Both the position numbers and the translations under genes were made by a program. From Rickettsiaceae bacterium (GTDB lineage Bacteria > Pseudomonadota > Alphaproteobacteria > Rickettsiales > Rickettsiaceae), in assembly GCA_965658815.1 (NCBI GenBank), contig CBFHTC010000001.1:37056-61055 (forward strand): a stretch of DNA of 24,000 nt. Reading direction: 5' to 3'. Each line of letters opens with the position of its first letter. Position 1 is the first letter of the stretch. The notes below the pieces were generated by a model, which saw nothing but the letters and a program-made list of their open reading frames with translations, did no database searches and was not told the DNA's origin. Shown here piece after piece: positions 1 through 8,032 of the stretch.

Positions 1-840
1 GAATTTGTATTATTTCTATCTATTTTTACTTTATTTAGTGGTTTTTTACTTTTAGCATTTTTTTTAAAAGATTATATTTTAGATATAGGTGATATTACAA
101 TGGCTGTAACTCAGTGTATTGAAATATTCTTATCATTTATTATATTTTTTAGAACAATAGGAGACTTAAGTGAAGAATATGCAAAAGCAAATAGGTCAAT
201 TGAAAATTTACTTAATGACAAATATATCGATAAAAATGCAATTGATAAAAATTTTCAAATAACAAAAATACAATTTAAAAATATTAACACAAACGGTATA
301 AATTTTAATTTTGAAATTTTAAAAGGACAAAGAAAGGCAATATACGATATTTCAAATAAAACATATTTGATATTAAATTTATTAAAAATCGAAAATAAAG
401 CAATAAAAAAAATATATGTAAATAATATAAATCTTACTCAAATAAATCAACAAAATATTTTATCCAATATATCTTTTGTAAATGAAAATATAGAAATATT
501 TAATGCAAATATCAAAAAAAATATCTTTCTTCATATTGAGCCTTCTAAATATGAAATAGATAGAATTTTAAATATGGTAGAGCTATATGAATTTGTAAAT
601 ATGCAAACTGAAAAATTAGAATATATTCTATCAAATAATCTTCACGAAGATATCAAGATCAAAATAGGAATCGCACGAGCATTAGTAAAAAATGCAAATA
701 TATTTATTTTTGATAAATCATTTTCAAGATTAAGAGAGAACTTCTTTATAGATCAGTTAGATAAAGAATTATCAACAAAAACCATTATTTTTATAGAATC
801 TAAAAAGGATGATTTACCAAAAATTCAACTAGACAATTAA
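1..840 (+). CDS. ABC exporter half-transporter (TMD-NBD) paralogue, 3' part only. The 5' end lies outside the window. The nucleotide-binding domain is degenerate and C-terminally truncated.
   Basis: Frame 1 is open from nt 1 (EFVLFLSIFTLFSGFLLLAFFLKDYILDIGDIT-MAVTQ...), so the track start at 100 is only an internal Met. Stop is TAA 838-840. It is collinear with the C-terminal half of the intact ABC protein at 12916..14658 (IGDITMAV..LSEEYAKANRSIENLL vs IGDITIIL..FSEEYGSLFQSTKHLF; IGIARALVKNANIFIFD vs VSIARALFKKASIIIFD). Walker A GKTGSGKTT is replaced by YDISNKTY, LSGGQ by LHEDI, and Walker B DE by DK. The H-loop His is absent. Confidence 0.6.
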   Translation, partial: EFVLFLSIFTLFSGFLLLAFFLKDYILDIGDITMAVTQCIEIFLSFIIFFRTIGDLSEEYAKANRSIENLLNDKYIDKNAIDKNFQITKIQFKNINTNGINFNFEILKGQRKAIYDISNKTYLILNLLKIENKAIKKIYVNNINLTQINQQNILSNISFVNENIEIFNANIKKNIFLHIEPSKYEIDRILNMVELYEFVNMQTEKLEYILSNNLHEDIKIKIGIARALVKNANIFIFDKSFSRLRENFFIDQLDKELSTKTIIFIESKKDDLPKIQLDN

Positions 841-878
841 GCTTTTATTTGGTATCATATTCTATAGACCAATTTAAT

Positions 879-1304
879 ATGAACGATACTATTAACAAAA
901 TTATGATTGAAAGCACTAAAAAAATTCTTCAATCATTTAATAACTCAGATTTTACTATAAATATCCTCATTAATACTAATCACTATAAATATACTGGTAT
1001 AACAAAAGATAATAAAGAAATATTAGTCATTTTACAAAAGGATATAATATCGAATTTACATATAGGCAGAAACTCTTTTTCTTTTTCAAAAAATATTGAA
1101 AATAAGAAGACTGTTTTTTCAATTCCATATCAAGCGATAATATCTATATTAATTCCAGAAAACAATTTTGTTATTGAAAGAGAAAAACAAATTTTATATA
1201 AAGTTTTAACAATCAAGAAAAAGTTTGAAGAATTTATAGAAGAAAATACAAAAACTAAAAAGACTACAATAATTGATATTAACAAATACAAAACTCATGA
1301 ATAA
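879..1304 (+). CDS. sspB: SspB-like ClpXP adaptor (stringent starvation protein B family)
   Basis: ILVILQKDIISNLHIGRNSFSFSKNIENKKTVFSIPYQAIISILIPENNFVIE follows the pattern of the E. coli SspB substrate-binding core as I recall it (VLNIAPRAVGNLELANDEVRFNARFGG..VSVPLAAVLAIYARENG). A K/E-rich linker and a short C-terminal tail follow. The track ORF starts at TTG 849. ATG 879 is in frame and is preferred. The stop overlaps the rnhA start. Confidence 0.45.
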   Translation: MNDTINKIMIESTKKILQSFNNSDFTINILINTNHYKYTGITKDNKEILVILQKDIISNLHIGRNSFSFSKNIENKKTVFSIPYQAIISILIPENNFVIEREKQILYKVLTIKKKFEEFIEENTKTKKTTIIDINKYKTHE

Positions 1305-1710
1305 AATAATATATACCGATGGATCATGTATCAATAATCCTGGAGATGGAGGATGGGCTTGGATACTAATTGAAGATAATAAAGTTAGCAAAAAAGATTT
1401 TAATAAAGTTGCAGGCACAACAAATAATCGTATGGAGATGACAGCGGCTATTGAAGCAATTAAAAGTAATGACGATAACCTAGATATATATACTGATAGT
1501 ATATACTTAAAAAATGGTATTACCATATGGATTCACTCTTGGTTAAAAACTAACTGGAAAAATAATAAAATCAAAAATATTGACTTATGGAAAGAATTAT
1601 GGAATCTTGTATCATCAAAAAATATTAATTGGCACTGGATCAAAGCTCATAGCACAAATCAATTTAACAATGAAGTGGATATATTAGCCAATAGAGCAGC
1701 AAAATCTTAA
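1297..1710 (+). CDS. rnhA: Ribonuclease HI
   Basis: MNKIIYTDGSCINNPGDGGWAW..GTTNNRMEMTAAIEAIK..IYTDSIYLKNGI..W..NWK..IKNIDLW..INWHWIKAHS..NNEVDILAN carries the RNase H DEDD-type motifs (DGS, NNRMEM, TDS, H..N..D). ATG 1297 is chosen over the upstream TTG 1273. It gives an 8-nt overlap with the preceding gene. Confidence 0.9.
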   Translation: MNKIIYTDGSCINNPGDGGWAWILIEDNKVSKKDFNKVAGTTNNRMEMTAAIEAIKSNDDNLDIYTDSIYLKNGITIWIHSWLKTNWKNNKIKNIDLWKELWNLVSSKNINWHWIKAHSTNQFNNEVDILANRAAKS

Positions 1711-1725
1711 TGATAACTTAGACTT

Positions 1726-2037
1726 TTAATCATCATAATCATACTCAAAAGAATCAGAAAAGAAAATAATTTCTGGTGTATATTTCGAATGTATTCTCTT
1801 TGATAAATAATGACGAATCACTCCTCTATGATTTTTGAGGTATTTCTTAATATCCTCAACCTCTTCTTGATTATTTTTACCTATTACTTTAAAGTAACAT
1901 TTTATATGCTTTAAATCAGCGGAAATTTTTAAAAAAGTCACTAGAAGACGATAATCTTCATCTGGAATAAAATCATATAAAAAGATATCATTAAAAGCTT
2001 TTAAATAAGTTTTATTTAATTTTTCAACTCTATTCAC
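1726..2037 (-). CDS. rbfA: Ribosome-binding factor A
   Basis: 103 aa. RVEKLNKTYLKAFNDIF...VTFLKISADLKHIKCYF...HRGVIRHYLSKRIHSKYTPEIIFFSD matches the RbfA layout, including the C-terminal (V/T)PEL.F..D motif. Confidence 0.8.
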   Translation of the reverse strand: MNRVEKLNKTYLKAFNDIFLYDFIPDEDYRLLVTFLKISADLKHIKCYFKVIGKNNQEEVEDIKKYLKNHRGVIRHYLSKRIHSKYTPEIIFFSDSFEYDYDD

Positions 2038-2082
2038 TATGTATTACATTTTGTATCATTTTATATTAAAAATCATAGAAAA

Positions 2083-2757
2083 TCAAATCAATAAATTATT
2101 ACGAAAACTAAAATAATCATTAGAAGTAATAATCACATGATCATACAAAGTTACAGATATAGTTTTTAAGGCATTTAATAAATGATTTGTCGCACGAATA
2201 TCGCTATCAGAGGGATTAGAAAAGCCACTCGGATGATTATGAATCAAGATAACACTTGAAGCATCATGAAATAAGACTCTTTTTATAATTTCTCTTACTA
2301 AGATAACAGAAGAAGATACATCTCCTTTGCTATGAATTTCATTAGCTATTACATAATTTTTTTGATTAAGAAACAGTATACGAACCTCTTCAACGGGTAA
2401 AAACCCCATAGTAAATTTTAAATATTTTACGAGAGAAGACCAATTTGAGATTATATTAACATTTTTAGTAGATTCAGACATAGCTCTAATTAATATATCT
2501 TTAATAATTTTAATTAAAATGATGAAGTTATCATTAACAGAATCAATACTTTTTATTTTACTTGTATCAGAAAATAAAAGAGTAGATAATTTATTATCAC
2601 AAGACTTTAATATAGATTTGCTATATTCTCGAACATCACGACGAGGAATACAGAACATCAATAAAGATTCTAAAATTTCATAATCATAAAAATCAGATAA
2701 ATTCATAGAAAGTAATATTTTTGTTTTTATACGCTTTCTATGGCCTTCAAAAGTCAT
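2083..2757 (-). CDS. radC: RadC-family JAB/MPN domain protein (UPF0758)
   Basis: The C-terminal LIHNHPSGFSNPSDSDIRATNHLLNALKTISVTLYDHVII is the RadC JAMM-like signature (HNHPSG..PS..D). Length is 224 aa with a typical N-terminal helical region. Confidence 0.85.
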   Translation of the reverse strand: MTFEGHRKRIKTKILLSMNLSDFYDYEILESLLMFCIPRRDVREYSKSILKSCDNKLSTLLFSDTSKIKSIDSVNDNFIILIKIIKDILIRAMSESTKNVNIISNWSSLVKYLKFTMGFLPVEEVRILFLNQKNYVIANEIHSKGDVSSSVILVREIIKRVLFHDASSVILIHNHPSGFSNPSDSDIRATNHLLNALKTISVTLYDHVIITSNDYFSFRNNLLI

Positions 2758-2846
2758 TTAAATTACTTTTTAATTACTATACAATGAAGTTAAGGGGAAA
2801 TACGCTAATTTCAACAATGTTACAAGTATTTGAGCTAAAAATTATG

Positions 2847-2874
2847 TTGACTTATACAGAGAATATTTTATAAT
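2847..2874 (+). promoter_or_regulatory. Sigma70-like promoter candidate upstream of valS
   Basis: TTGACT (2847-2852), 16-nt spacer, TATAAT (2869-2874), 26 nt before the valS ATG. TATAAT-like hexamers are frequent by chance in sequence this AT-rich. Confidence 0.35.
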
Positions 2875-2900
2875 TTAATCATATAGAAATATTATAAAAT

Positions 2901-5219
2901 ATGTTAAATGAAAAATTATTAATTAAATTATGGAAAAAAGAGAAAGTGTATGAAGCAAAAAATTATACTTTCTCAATTGACTCACCTCCACCAAGTATAT
3001 CTGGCGAACCCCATATAGGCACAGCTTTTGGCTATATACTAAAAGATATTATAGCTCGATATAAGAGAATATTTGGTGAGAGAGTCTTTTATTCATTAGG
3101 ATTTGATAATAACGGATTACCGACGGAAAAATTAGTAGAGAAGAAGATTCAAAAGCCTTTAAGAAATTTAGATAAAGAAGACGCTCATCAAATTTGTCTA
3201 GATATAATTACAGAAGAAGAAAAGAAATTTGAATCAATTTTTGAAGAAATGGGACTTTCGCATGATACAAATTTAAAGTATCAAACGATCAATGAACTAT
3301 CTCAGAAAATCGCTCAAGATAGCTTTATAGACTTATATAAAAAAAACCTTATCTATCGATCTGAAAGTCCAATAATATGGGATACAAAAGATCAAACCGC
3401 ATTATCTCAATCCGATCTAGAGGATATAGAAATGAAGACGAAGATGTATTATATTAATTTTTTATGCGAAAACGAGAATGTTACGATTGCAACAACACGA
3501 CCAGAATTAATACCATCTATTAGCGCAATTTTTTTTCACGCCGAGGATACAAGATATCAACACTTAATCAACAAAAAAGCATTTATACCTATTATTAATA
3601 CTGAAGTGCCAATTTTATCAGATAACAAAGTGGATCAAAATAAAGGCTCAGGCTTAGTGATGTGCTGCACATTTGGAGATACCAACGATATATATTGGTG
3701 GAAGAAATATAAATTACCTACAAAAATGCTATTTACAAAATATGGTACAATATCTGACAATATTAATCAATTTTCTACTAATATAGAATTTAATAAGAAA
3801 TTAATTGATCAAAAAATTTGCTCCGCAAAAGCAATTATAATAGAAGAATTTAAACCTTATATTGAAAAATCTATTCAAATCAGCCATAGCGTTAAATGCG
3901 CTGAAAGATCAAAAACACCAATCGAATACATTATTTCTCCTCAATGGATGCTTAAAATTACTCACATTAAAAATGAACTCAAAGAAAAAGCAAATGAAAT
4001 TCAATGGCACCCTAAACATATGAAAAATCTTTTATTTCAATGGATAGATGGATTATCTTGGAATTGGTGTATATCAAGACAGAGAAGCTTTGGAGTAAAT
4101 ATTCCAGTATGGTATACAAAATCTAACGAAGTCATATTAGCCAATAAAACACCTATTGATACTTCTCGCAGATACCCCGATAATCAAGACAAAGATAATA
4201 TTGTACTAAATAATGATGTATTTGATACCTGGTGGACAAGTTCTCTAACTCCTCAAATTAATCAAAAACAATTATTTGTCAATAATGTTATGTCGCTTCG
4301 AACTCAAGGTCATGAAATAATTCGCACCTGGGCCTTTTATACTATATTAAAATCATATTTGCATAATGACACAATACCTTGGAGTAATATTTTTATTCAT
4401 GGATGGTGTCTCGCTGAAGATAAAACTAAAATGTCAAAATCAAAAGGAAATATTGTCTCCCCTATTAATATCATAAAACAATATGGAGCGGATTCTTTAA
4501 GATATTGGACTGCAAATTCATCTCCGGGCCAAGATACATCATATTCTGAAAATATTGTTAAAATAGGTAAGAAAATAACTAAAAAACTACATAATGCTTC
4601 TGTGTTTATATCTCAATTTAATTTAAATTATGATATTAAGGCGATATTTGAAATTGATTTATGGATAATTAATAGAGTAAATCAACTTAAAACAAATATT
4701 GAGAATTATATGAAATATTTTAATTATACGAAAATTCGAGAAGAATTAGATAAGTTTTTTCTTGATACCTTTTGCGATTATTATATTGAAATTGTAAAAA
4801 CTCGAGCATATAATGATAATAATCTATTTTCTTCAGAAGAGTCACAAAGTTCAATTTACGCATTACATTATGTCATCAAAGTATGCTTGATTGCTTATGG
4901 CCCAATTATGCCATTTATCACAGATTCTATATGGCGCGATATATTTAAATATACTGATTCTATACATAAATGCGGAATATGGCATAAATTTCAAGATAAA
5001 ATTATAATTAAAAATACTATAAATCAAGAAATTACTAATATGCTAAATGTAATTGAAGATATTAGAAAAGAGAAAACATTACGAAAACTATCTATGAATA
5101 GTCAACTAAATAAAGTAGAGATCAAGTATCAGCTTTCAGATAATATTATCAAAGAAATCAAGACAACATTAAAAATAAAAGAAATTATAATGTCTGGTAA
5201 AACAAATAGTATATTATAG
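2901..5219 (+). CDS. valS: Valine--tRNA ligase, short archaeal-like type
   Basis: Class I aaRS. FSIDSPPPSISGEPHIGTAFGYILKDIIARYKRIFGERVFYSLGFDNNGLPTEKLVEKK carries the HIGH-region. TIATTRPELIPSISAIFFH and WCISRQRSFGVNIPVWY are present, as is KMSKSKGN (KMSKS). At 772 aa it lacks the long C-terminal coiled coil of typical bacterial ValRS. Confidence 0.85.
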   Translation: MLNEKLLIKLWKKEKVYEAKNYTFSIDSPPPSISGEPHIGTAFGYILKDIIARYKRIFGERVFYSLGFDNNGLPTEKLVEKKIQKPLRNLDKEDAHQICLDIITEEEKKFESIFEEMGLSHDTNLKYQTINELSQKIAQDSFIDLYKKNLIYRSESPIIWDTKDQTALSQSDLEDIEMKTKMYYINFLCENENVTIATTRPELIPSISAIFFHAEDTRYQHLINKKAFIPIINTEVPILSDNKVDQNKGSGLVMCCTFGDTNDIYWWKKYKLPTKMLFTKYGTISDNINQFSTNIEFNKKLIDQKICSAKAIIIEEFKPYIEKSIQISHSVKCAERSKTPIEYIISPQWMLKITHIKNELKEKANEIQWHPKHMKNLLFQWIDGLSWNWCISRQRSFGVNIPVWYTKSNEVILANKTPIDTSRRYPDNQDKDNIVLNNDVFDTWWTSSLTPQINQKQLFVNNVMSLRTQGHEIIRTWAFYTILKSYLHNDTIPWSNIFIHGWCLAEDKTKMSKSKGNIVSPINIIKQYGADSLRYWTANSSPGQDTSYSENIVKIGKKITKKLHNASVFISQFNLNYDIKAIFEIDLWIINRVNQLKTNIENYMKYFNYTKIREELDKFFLDTFCDYYIEIVKTRAYNDNNLFSSEESQSSIYALHYVIKVCLIAYGPIMPFITDSIWRDIFKYTDSIHKCGIWHKFQDKIIIKNTINQEITNMLNVIEDIRKEKTLRKLSMNSQLNKVEIKYQLSDNIIKEIKTTLKIKEIIMSGKTNSIL

Positions 5220-5248
5220 TAGCTGTTTTGAAAAATTTATTATAAATA

Positions 5249-6904
5249 TTATTCTTCTTCTTTTAAAATTTTACTATGCAACTGATATTTTTGTAAGATA
5301 TTTTCTGATAACCTATGACCACTTTCCACTTCGTCAAATACTACACTATCAGCGCCAAGAGATGCTAACTTATCTTTAAACATATTTTTTTGAGATCTTA
5401 CAAAAATTGAAAAATACTTCTCTTCTACGATATTATGTAAAGAATATAAAAGTTTTTCAATTGTAATATTATTTTCAAAAGTAATAACTAATATCTTACA
5501 ACGCAAGATTCCTGCAGCTTTCATCGCCTCAATATTAGCTCCATTTGCTTTATAAATTCGTACTTTATGTTTATTTATACGTACAACATTAGCGTCTGAT
5601 TCTAAGACTAAAAAATCAATATCATTAGCTGATAAATGCTCAGCGATAGTTTTGCCCGTAACTCCATATCCTAAAATAATAACATGATCTTGAAGATCAT
5701 TATTATCTAAAGCGATACTATCAATAGTATTAATTTGTTTCACGTAACGATTGATTAGAAAAAGTACAAAACTAAATACAATAGGCGTAAATGCCATAGT
5801 TAACACAATAGAAGTCAATAGAATTTGCTCTAAATAGGCATTAATCATTTGAGTCTTAAAAGCTGTATTAAAAATAATAAATCCAAACTCACTACCTTGT
5901 GACAATAAAACAGAAGCTTTAAATGAAATAGATGGGGAATACTTCATCAAATAAAAACATAGTATAAAGATAATAATACATTTAAAGATCATTAAAAACA
6001 GACTTGAAAATACAATGACTGATAAATGCTTATACACAAAATCTAAATTTAGTTTCATTCCAACAGTTAAAAAAAACAAACCCAATAAAATACCTTTAAT
6101 AGCAATAATACTTTTTTCTATATGATGCTTAAATTCGTTCTCAGACAACAAAACCCCTGCGACAAAACCTCCTAAAGTACTTTGTAACCCTAATCCATCA
6201 GAGACAAACACAGCTGAAAAAATAATTAAAAAGACCAATAAAGTAAATAATTCATGATTAACAGATATATTACTATATGTAATTACACGAATACCTATAC
6301 GCAAAATATGGGATAATATCAAGATAGTTACCAATGCTAAAAAACAATTAAATATTGCAGTCAAAATACTGTATAACATATAATAAAATGATAAATCATT
6401 TGAATTTAATAGAGGCATAATCACTAATATAGGAACTACTACCATATCTTGAAATAACAAAATACCTAATGAGATTTTTCCAACCTGCTCCCTTTGCATC
6501 TCTTTTTCTTTTAATATCTGTAGAACAACAGAAGTAGAAGAAATCGCAAAACCTGCTCCTAAGATGAAAGCTATTTTTAAATTATTAAAATAAGAAAAAA
6601 AGATAAATAATATTGAGAAAGTAATAAAAAATTGCAATAATCCAAATACAAAAATATACTTTTTCATAATAGCAATTCTTTTATAAGACAACTCTAATCC
6701 AATAACAAATAATAGAAAAACAACTCCCATCTCACTCCAACCAAATAAAAAAGCATTATTGCTATTGAAATATTGCAGGCCATTTTCACCAACAATCATT
6801 CCACAAAGTAAATATCCTAGTACTGTACTAATATTCAAATTAATAAATACATAAGATACAAGAATAATCAAGGATAGACTAATTAACAAAGATAGATTTA
6901 TCAT
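5249..6904 (-). CDS. kefB: CPA2-family monovalent cation:proton antiporter / K+ efflux protein with C-terminal RCK (TrkA-N) domain
   Basis: About 12 hydrophobic segments, starting STVLGYLLCGMIVGENGLQYF (Kef-type N-terminus). A Rossmann-like HVIILGYGVTGKTIAEHLSANDIDFLVLESD follows. Length is 551 aa. Confidence 0.8.
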   Translation of the reverse strand: MINLSLLISLSLIILVSYVFINLNISTVLGYLLCGMIVGENGLQYFNSNNAFLFGWSEMGVVFLLFVIGLELSYKRIAIMKKYIFVFGLLQFFITFSILFIFFSYFNNLKIAFILGAGFAISSTSVVLQILKEKEMQREQVGKISLGILLFQDMVVVPILVIMPLLNSNDLSFYYMLYSILTAIFNCFLALVTILILSHILRIGIRVITYSNISVNHELFTLLVFLIIFSAVFVSDGLGLQSTLGGFVAGVLLSENEFKHHIEKSIIAIKGILLGLFFLTVGMKLNLDFVYKHLSVIVFSSLFLMIFKCIIIFILCFYLMKYSPSISFKASVLLSQGSEFGFIIFNTAFKTQMINAYLEQILLTSIVLTMAFTPIVFSFVLFLINRYVKQINTIDSIALDNNDLQDHVIILGYGVTGKTIAEHLSANDIDFLVLESDANVVRINKHKVRIYKANGANIEAMKAAGILRCKILVITFENNITIEKLLYSLHNIVEEKYFSIFVRSQKNMFKDKLASLGADSVVFDEVESGHRLSENILQKYQLHSKILKEEE

Positions 6905-7039
6905 TTTGATTTTTATCGTATATATAATTTTATATTAATACAAATATCAAAAAATAGCAATGAGAATTAGAGAAATTATTACTTTAATATATCATTATAC
7001 AAATTTCTAGCTATTAATCATTTTTATATTGTAAAATTA

Positions 7040-7834
7040 TCAATTTTGAATTATATCAGATGATAAATGCTTCGATGCAATATTTCTATGTTTTGATGTA
7101 AAATTACTAGTATTTTTAATAACTCTTTTAGTATTAGATTCTGCAACTGAGATTTCATTAATTACATCAGCAAAATAAGATGCATATAAAGAAACAGCAT
7201 TTACAGAATCATCATTAGCAGGAATCATATAGTCAACCAAAGAAGGATCATGATTAGTGTCTACAATTCCTAAAACAGGAATTTTATTTTTTACAGCTTC
7301 TTTAATTGCAGTTAAATCTTTACGAACATCAAATACAACAACTAAGCCAACAGTATTACCAAGTAAATCATTTAAACCTTCTAGATTAATTTTAATCTTA
7401 TCAACTTTACGCTGTAAAGATAGTAGTTCTTTTTTAGTATATTTACTATCATCGGAATTTTTATTTTTATCAATAATCATCTGAAATCTTGTCATTTTGC
7501 TTAATGATTTTGAAATAGTTGACCAATTTGTCAACATACCACCCAGCCATTTATGAGTAACATATGGGCTTTTACATAGTATAGCAAATTGTTTAACAAC
7601 TTCTGATGTTTGGTGTTTTGTCGAAACAAAAAGAACCTTTTTACCGGAGGAAACAATTTTAGATATAGTTGATTTAGCTTTATCAAAAAAAGCTTTTGTA
7701 TATCTAAGGTCTATAATACTAGCGTTACTATTGTTAATATATACATAAGGAGACATACTAGGATGTAAATTTTGTTTTTTATGTCCAAAATGAGCTCCAT
7801 TGTCGAAAAGAGATTGTATTGTAATTTCTGTCAT
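7040..7834 (-). CDS. rpsB: 30S ribosomal protein S2
   Basis: SLFDNGAHFGHKKQNLHPSMSPYVY..IIDL..T......A...I......GKKVLFVSTK......V......C..PYVTHKWLGGMLTNW..I..S and IPVLGIVDTNHDPSLVDYMIPANDDS are canonical S2 motifs. Confidence 0.95.
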   Translation of the reverse strand: MTEITIQSLFDNGAHFGHKKQNLHPSMSPYVYINNSNASIIDLRYTKAFFDKAKSTISKIVSSGKKVLFVSTKHQTSEVVKQFAILCKSPYVTHKWLGGMLTNWSTISKSLSKMTRFQMIIDKNKNSDDSKYTKKELLSLQRKVDKIKINLEGLNDLLGNTVGLVVVFDVRKDLTAIKEAVKNKIPVLGIVDTNHDPSLVDYMIPANDDSVNAVSLYASYFADVINEISVAESNTKRVIKNTSNFTSKHRNIASKHLSSDIIQN

Positions 7835-7858
7835 ATATTTTGTTGTTTTTATTTATTA

Positions 7859-7935
7859 TGGTGGGTGATATCCGATTCGAACAGATGACCTTCTCGGTGT
7901 AAACGAGATGCTCTAACCAGCTGAGCTAATCACCC
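7859..7935 (-). tRNA. tRNA-Val (anticodon UAC), 3' CCA genomically encoded
   Basis: The reverse complement folds as a cloverleaf: GGGTGAT TA GCTC AGCTGGTTA GAGC A TCTCG TTTACAC CGAGA AGGTC ATCTG TTCGAAT CGGAT ATCACCC A CCA. It has a 7-bp acceptor stem, the T-loop TTCGAAT and anticodon TAC. Confidence 0.95.
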
Positions 7936-7942
7936 CGCATTG

Positions 7943-7971
7943 ATTATATAACCATTTACTTCAGATTGCAA
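7943..7971 (-). promoter_or_regulatory. Sigma70-like promoter driving tRNA-Val, and probably rpsB
   Basis: On the minus strand: TTGCAA (7971-7966), 17-nt spacer, TATAAT (7948-7943). Only 7 nt then separate it from the mature tRNA 5' end at 7935. Confidence 0.45.
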
Positions 7972-8032
7972 CAGTGATTTATTTTAAATTTTAAATAAAA
8001 TTTTATTTTTTTATTTTTATTATTTTGTTATT

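Noticed and set aside
1273-1296. TTG start for rnhA at 1273
   Set aside because: ATG 1297 gives MNKIIYTDGS, the canonical RNase HI N-terminus. The TTG extension lies within the preceding gene.
1206-1526. 106-aa ORF on the minus strand
   Set aside because: It is entirely antisense to the well-supported sspB-like and rnhA genes. Its low-complexity hydrophobic translation is typical of a shadow ORF in AT-rich DNA, and it has no motif.
6960-7010. 16-codon ORF (MRIREIITLIYHYTNF) in the kefB-rpsB intergenic region
   Set aside because: It is too short, has no SD or other support, and is expected by chance.
7257-7484. 75-aa ORF on the plus strand
   Set aside because: It lies antisense inside rpsB, so it is a shadow ORF.
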